Below are positions 62,900 to 64,000 of a DNA stretch of 64,000 nucleotides, piece after piece. The notes beneath the pieces are model-generated. The model did no database searches, was not told where the DNA came from, and saw only the letters and a program-made list of their open reading frames with translations. Each line of letters opens with the position of its first letter. Within the stretch, counting starts at the first letter, position 1. A program made the position numbers and the translations under genes. Source of the stretch: the human T2T-CHM13v2.0 reference genome, Homo sapiens; NCBI RefSeq assembly GCF_009914755.1, contig NC_060932.1; one strand, 5' to 3'.

Positions 62900-63990
62900 G
62901 GTAAACTTCTCGGGTACTGCAGCTAGAAGAAGCGAGAGACCTCTCCCTGGGCTAGGGACTGACTTCAAGAAAAGAACTAATCTGAGCGGACACGAGGAAC
63001 AAGCAGAAAGGAAAAGCGACAGGGCTACCATGCTCCTAACTCCACCCTCCCGCGCTCAGCCCGGAGAAGGCCCAGTCTCGCTGGCTGCTGCCCCTCCTTC
63101 CACCTCTTTCCAAACCCACCGAGCGGCGCCAGGAAAGGTCCCGCCGCCCTCTTCTCCCCTCCCCCAAACTAGGGGCTGGGGAGGCCCAAGGAGGTTAACA
63201 GCTTCCGTTCCTTCCCCGCCTAGAAGGGAAGGGGTGGGAAGTGGGATTGCGAGCTCGTCCCGTCTCGGCCTCCCTCGCCCTCCACCCTTACCCGGAGCTC
63301 CGTTTCCGCCCCAGCCCGAGACTCACTCGTCAGTCCCGCAGCCACCGCAGCCGGGTCCCCGCGTACTGCCACAGCCCCTATCCCAGGGCCGCCCCCCCAC
63401 CCCCAGCTGCCTGCTCCGGTGGGTTCCGGGGCAGTCGAAAGAATTACTTCCGCTGGGTCAGAGCCGCTTTCGGCGACGCGCGGGAGATCCGTACCTGGTG
63501 AGGCGAGGACGCAGAGTGTGTCGCTCACTTCCGTCTGGAGGTAGGGCGTAGCGCCCTACTCTTTTCCCCTATAGTAGGCCAGCCTATGAACGCAACCGGC
63601 AAATTTCGACCAATCCGAGTCTAGCTCTTCTGGATTCCCAGCATGCAGCGCAGACCCTGATCCAATTGCTGTAAAGACGCATCCTTAGAGAGGCTCTCGG
63701 GAGTCCGAGAGAGCACTGCATTCTGGGATTTGTAGTTTCTCTGGTGGATACCGTCGGCGTTGGGACCGAGGCAGCCCTGCATCCTGGGACTTGTAGTTTC
63801 TCGCACTGCGTGTTAAGATTTTGGTGGTTACAGAGACTGTCCGTACCTCTCATTTAGGGTTACGCCTGGAGGTGGGAGACTGCTGAGGAAAGATTGAAAC
63901 GTGGGAGGGCGGTTTCTTTGCTAACGAGATCGTACTCTTTATGAAGCAGCATCTGTCCCTGGTGAAAAGTTGCTGTGCGTGCTGAAGAGC
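62900..63990. promoter_or_regulatory. ELOC: CpG island / ELOC promoter
   Basis: Sharp rise in GC and CpG content. ETS-type CGGAAGT at 63533-63527 and ~63452 (-). CCAAT at 63610 and 63662. ZNF143-type motifs at 63635-63647, 63717-63737 and 63778-63798. Confidence 0.9.
63495..63540 (-). other. ELOC: ELOC non-coding first exon (5' boundary approximate)
   Basis: ..GCGACACACTCTGCGTCCTCGCCTCACCAG|GTACGG donor inside the CpG island, just downstream of the promoter motifs. The TSS cannot be fixed from sequence. Confidence 0.7.
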
Positions 63991-64000
63991 CAGCACAGCA

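Noticed and set aside
63030-63551. 173-aa Pro-rich + strand ORF with ATG
   Set aside because: Expected by-product of a stop-poor CpG island; low complexity, no domain, antisense to ELOC exon 1/intron 1.

Overview
Primate (very likely human) genomic DNA with a very high density of Alu and other repeats; no prokaryotic features. The right half holds the complete elongin C gene ELOC/TCEB1 on the minus strand: non-coding exon 1 ending at 63495, exon 2 51066-51013 (ATG at 51016), exon 3 47302-47159, exon 4 CDS 38062-37872. The 339 nt CDS gives the 112-aa protein [10 protein letters not shown]...AANFLDC, and the gene has a CpG-island promoter with ZNF143-type, ETS and CCAAT motifs. The left end holds the 3' part of a decayed ERV9/HERV9-like provirus (gag end, pro-pol, partial env, 3' LTR12-type LTR; 1-5282). 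It appears to sit inside an Alu, inside another Alu, inside a processed glycogenin-1 (GYG1) pseudogene. In between are a full two-LTR THE1B element, fragments of other LTRs, L1, L2, MIR and DNA transposons, and microsatellites. I do not see a clearly new multi-gene system. The best leads are a ~55-nt structured, A-tailed, TSD-flanked retrocopy of unknown source (36158-36214), the nested insertion stack, a DUX4-to-AP-1 motif switch between the two THE1B LTRs, an LTR end overlapping the ELOC last-intron branch-point zone, and a ~100-bp AT-rich palindrome. Repeat subfamily names come from my recall of consensus sequences, not a database search, and repeat boundaries are approximate.
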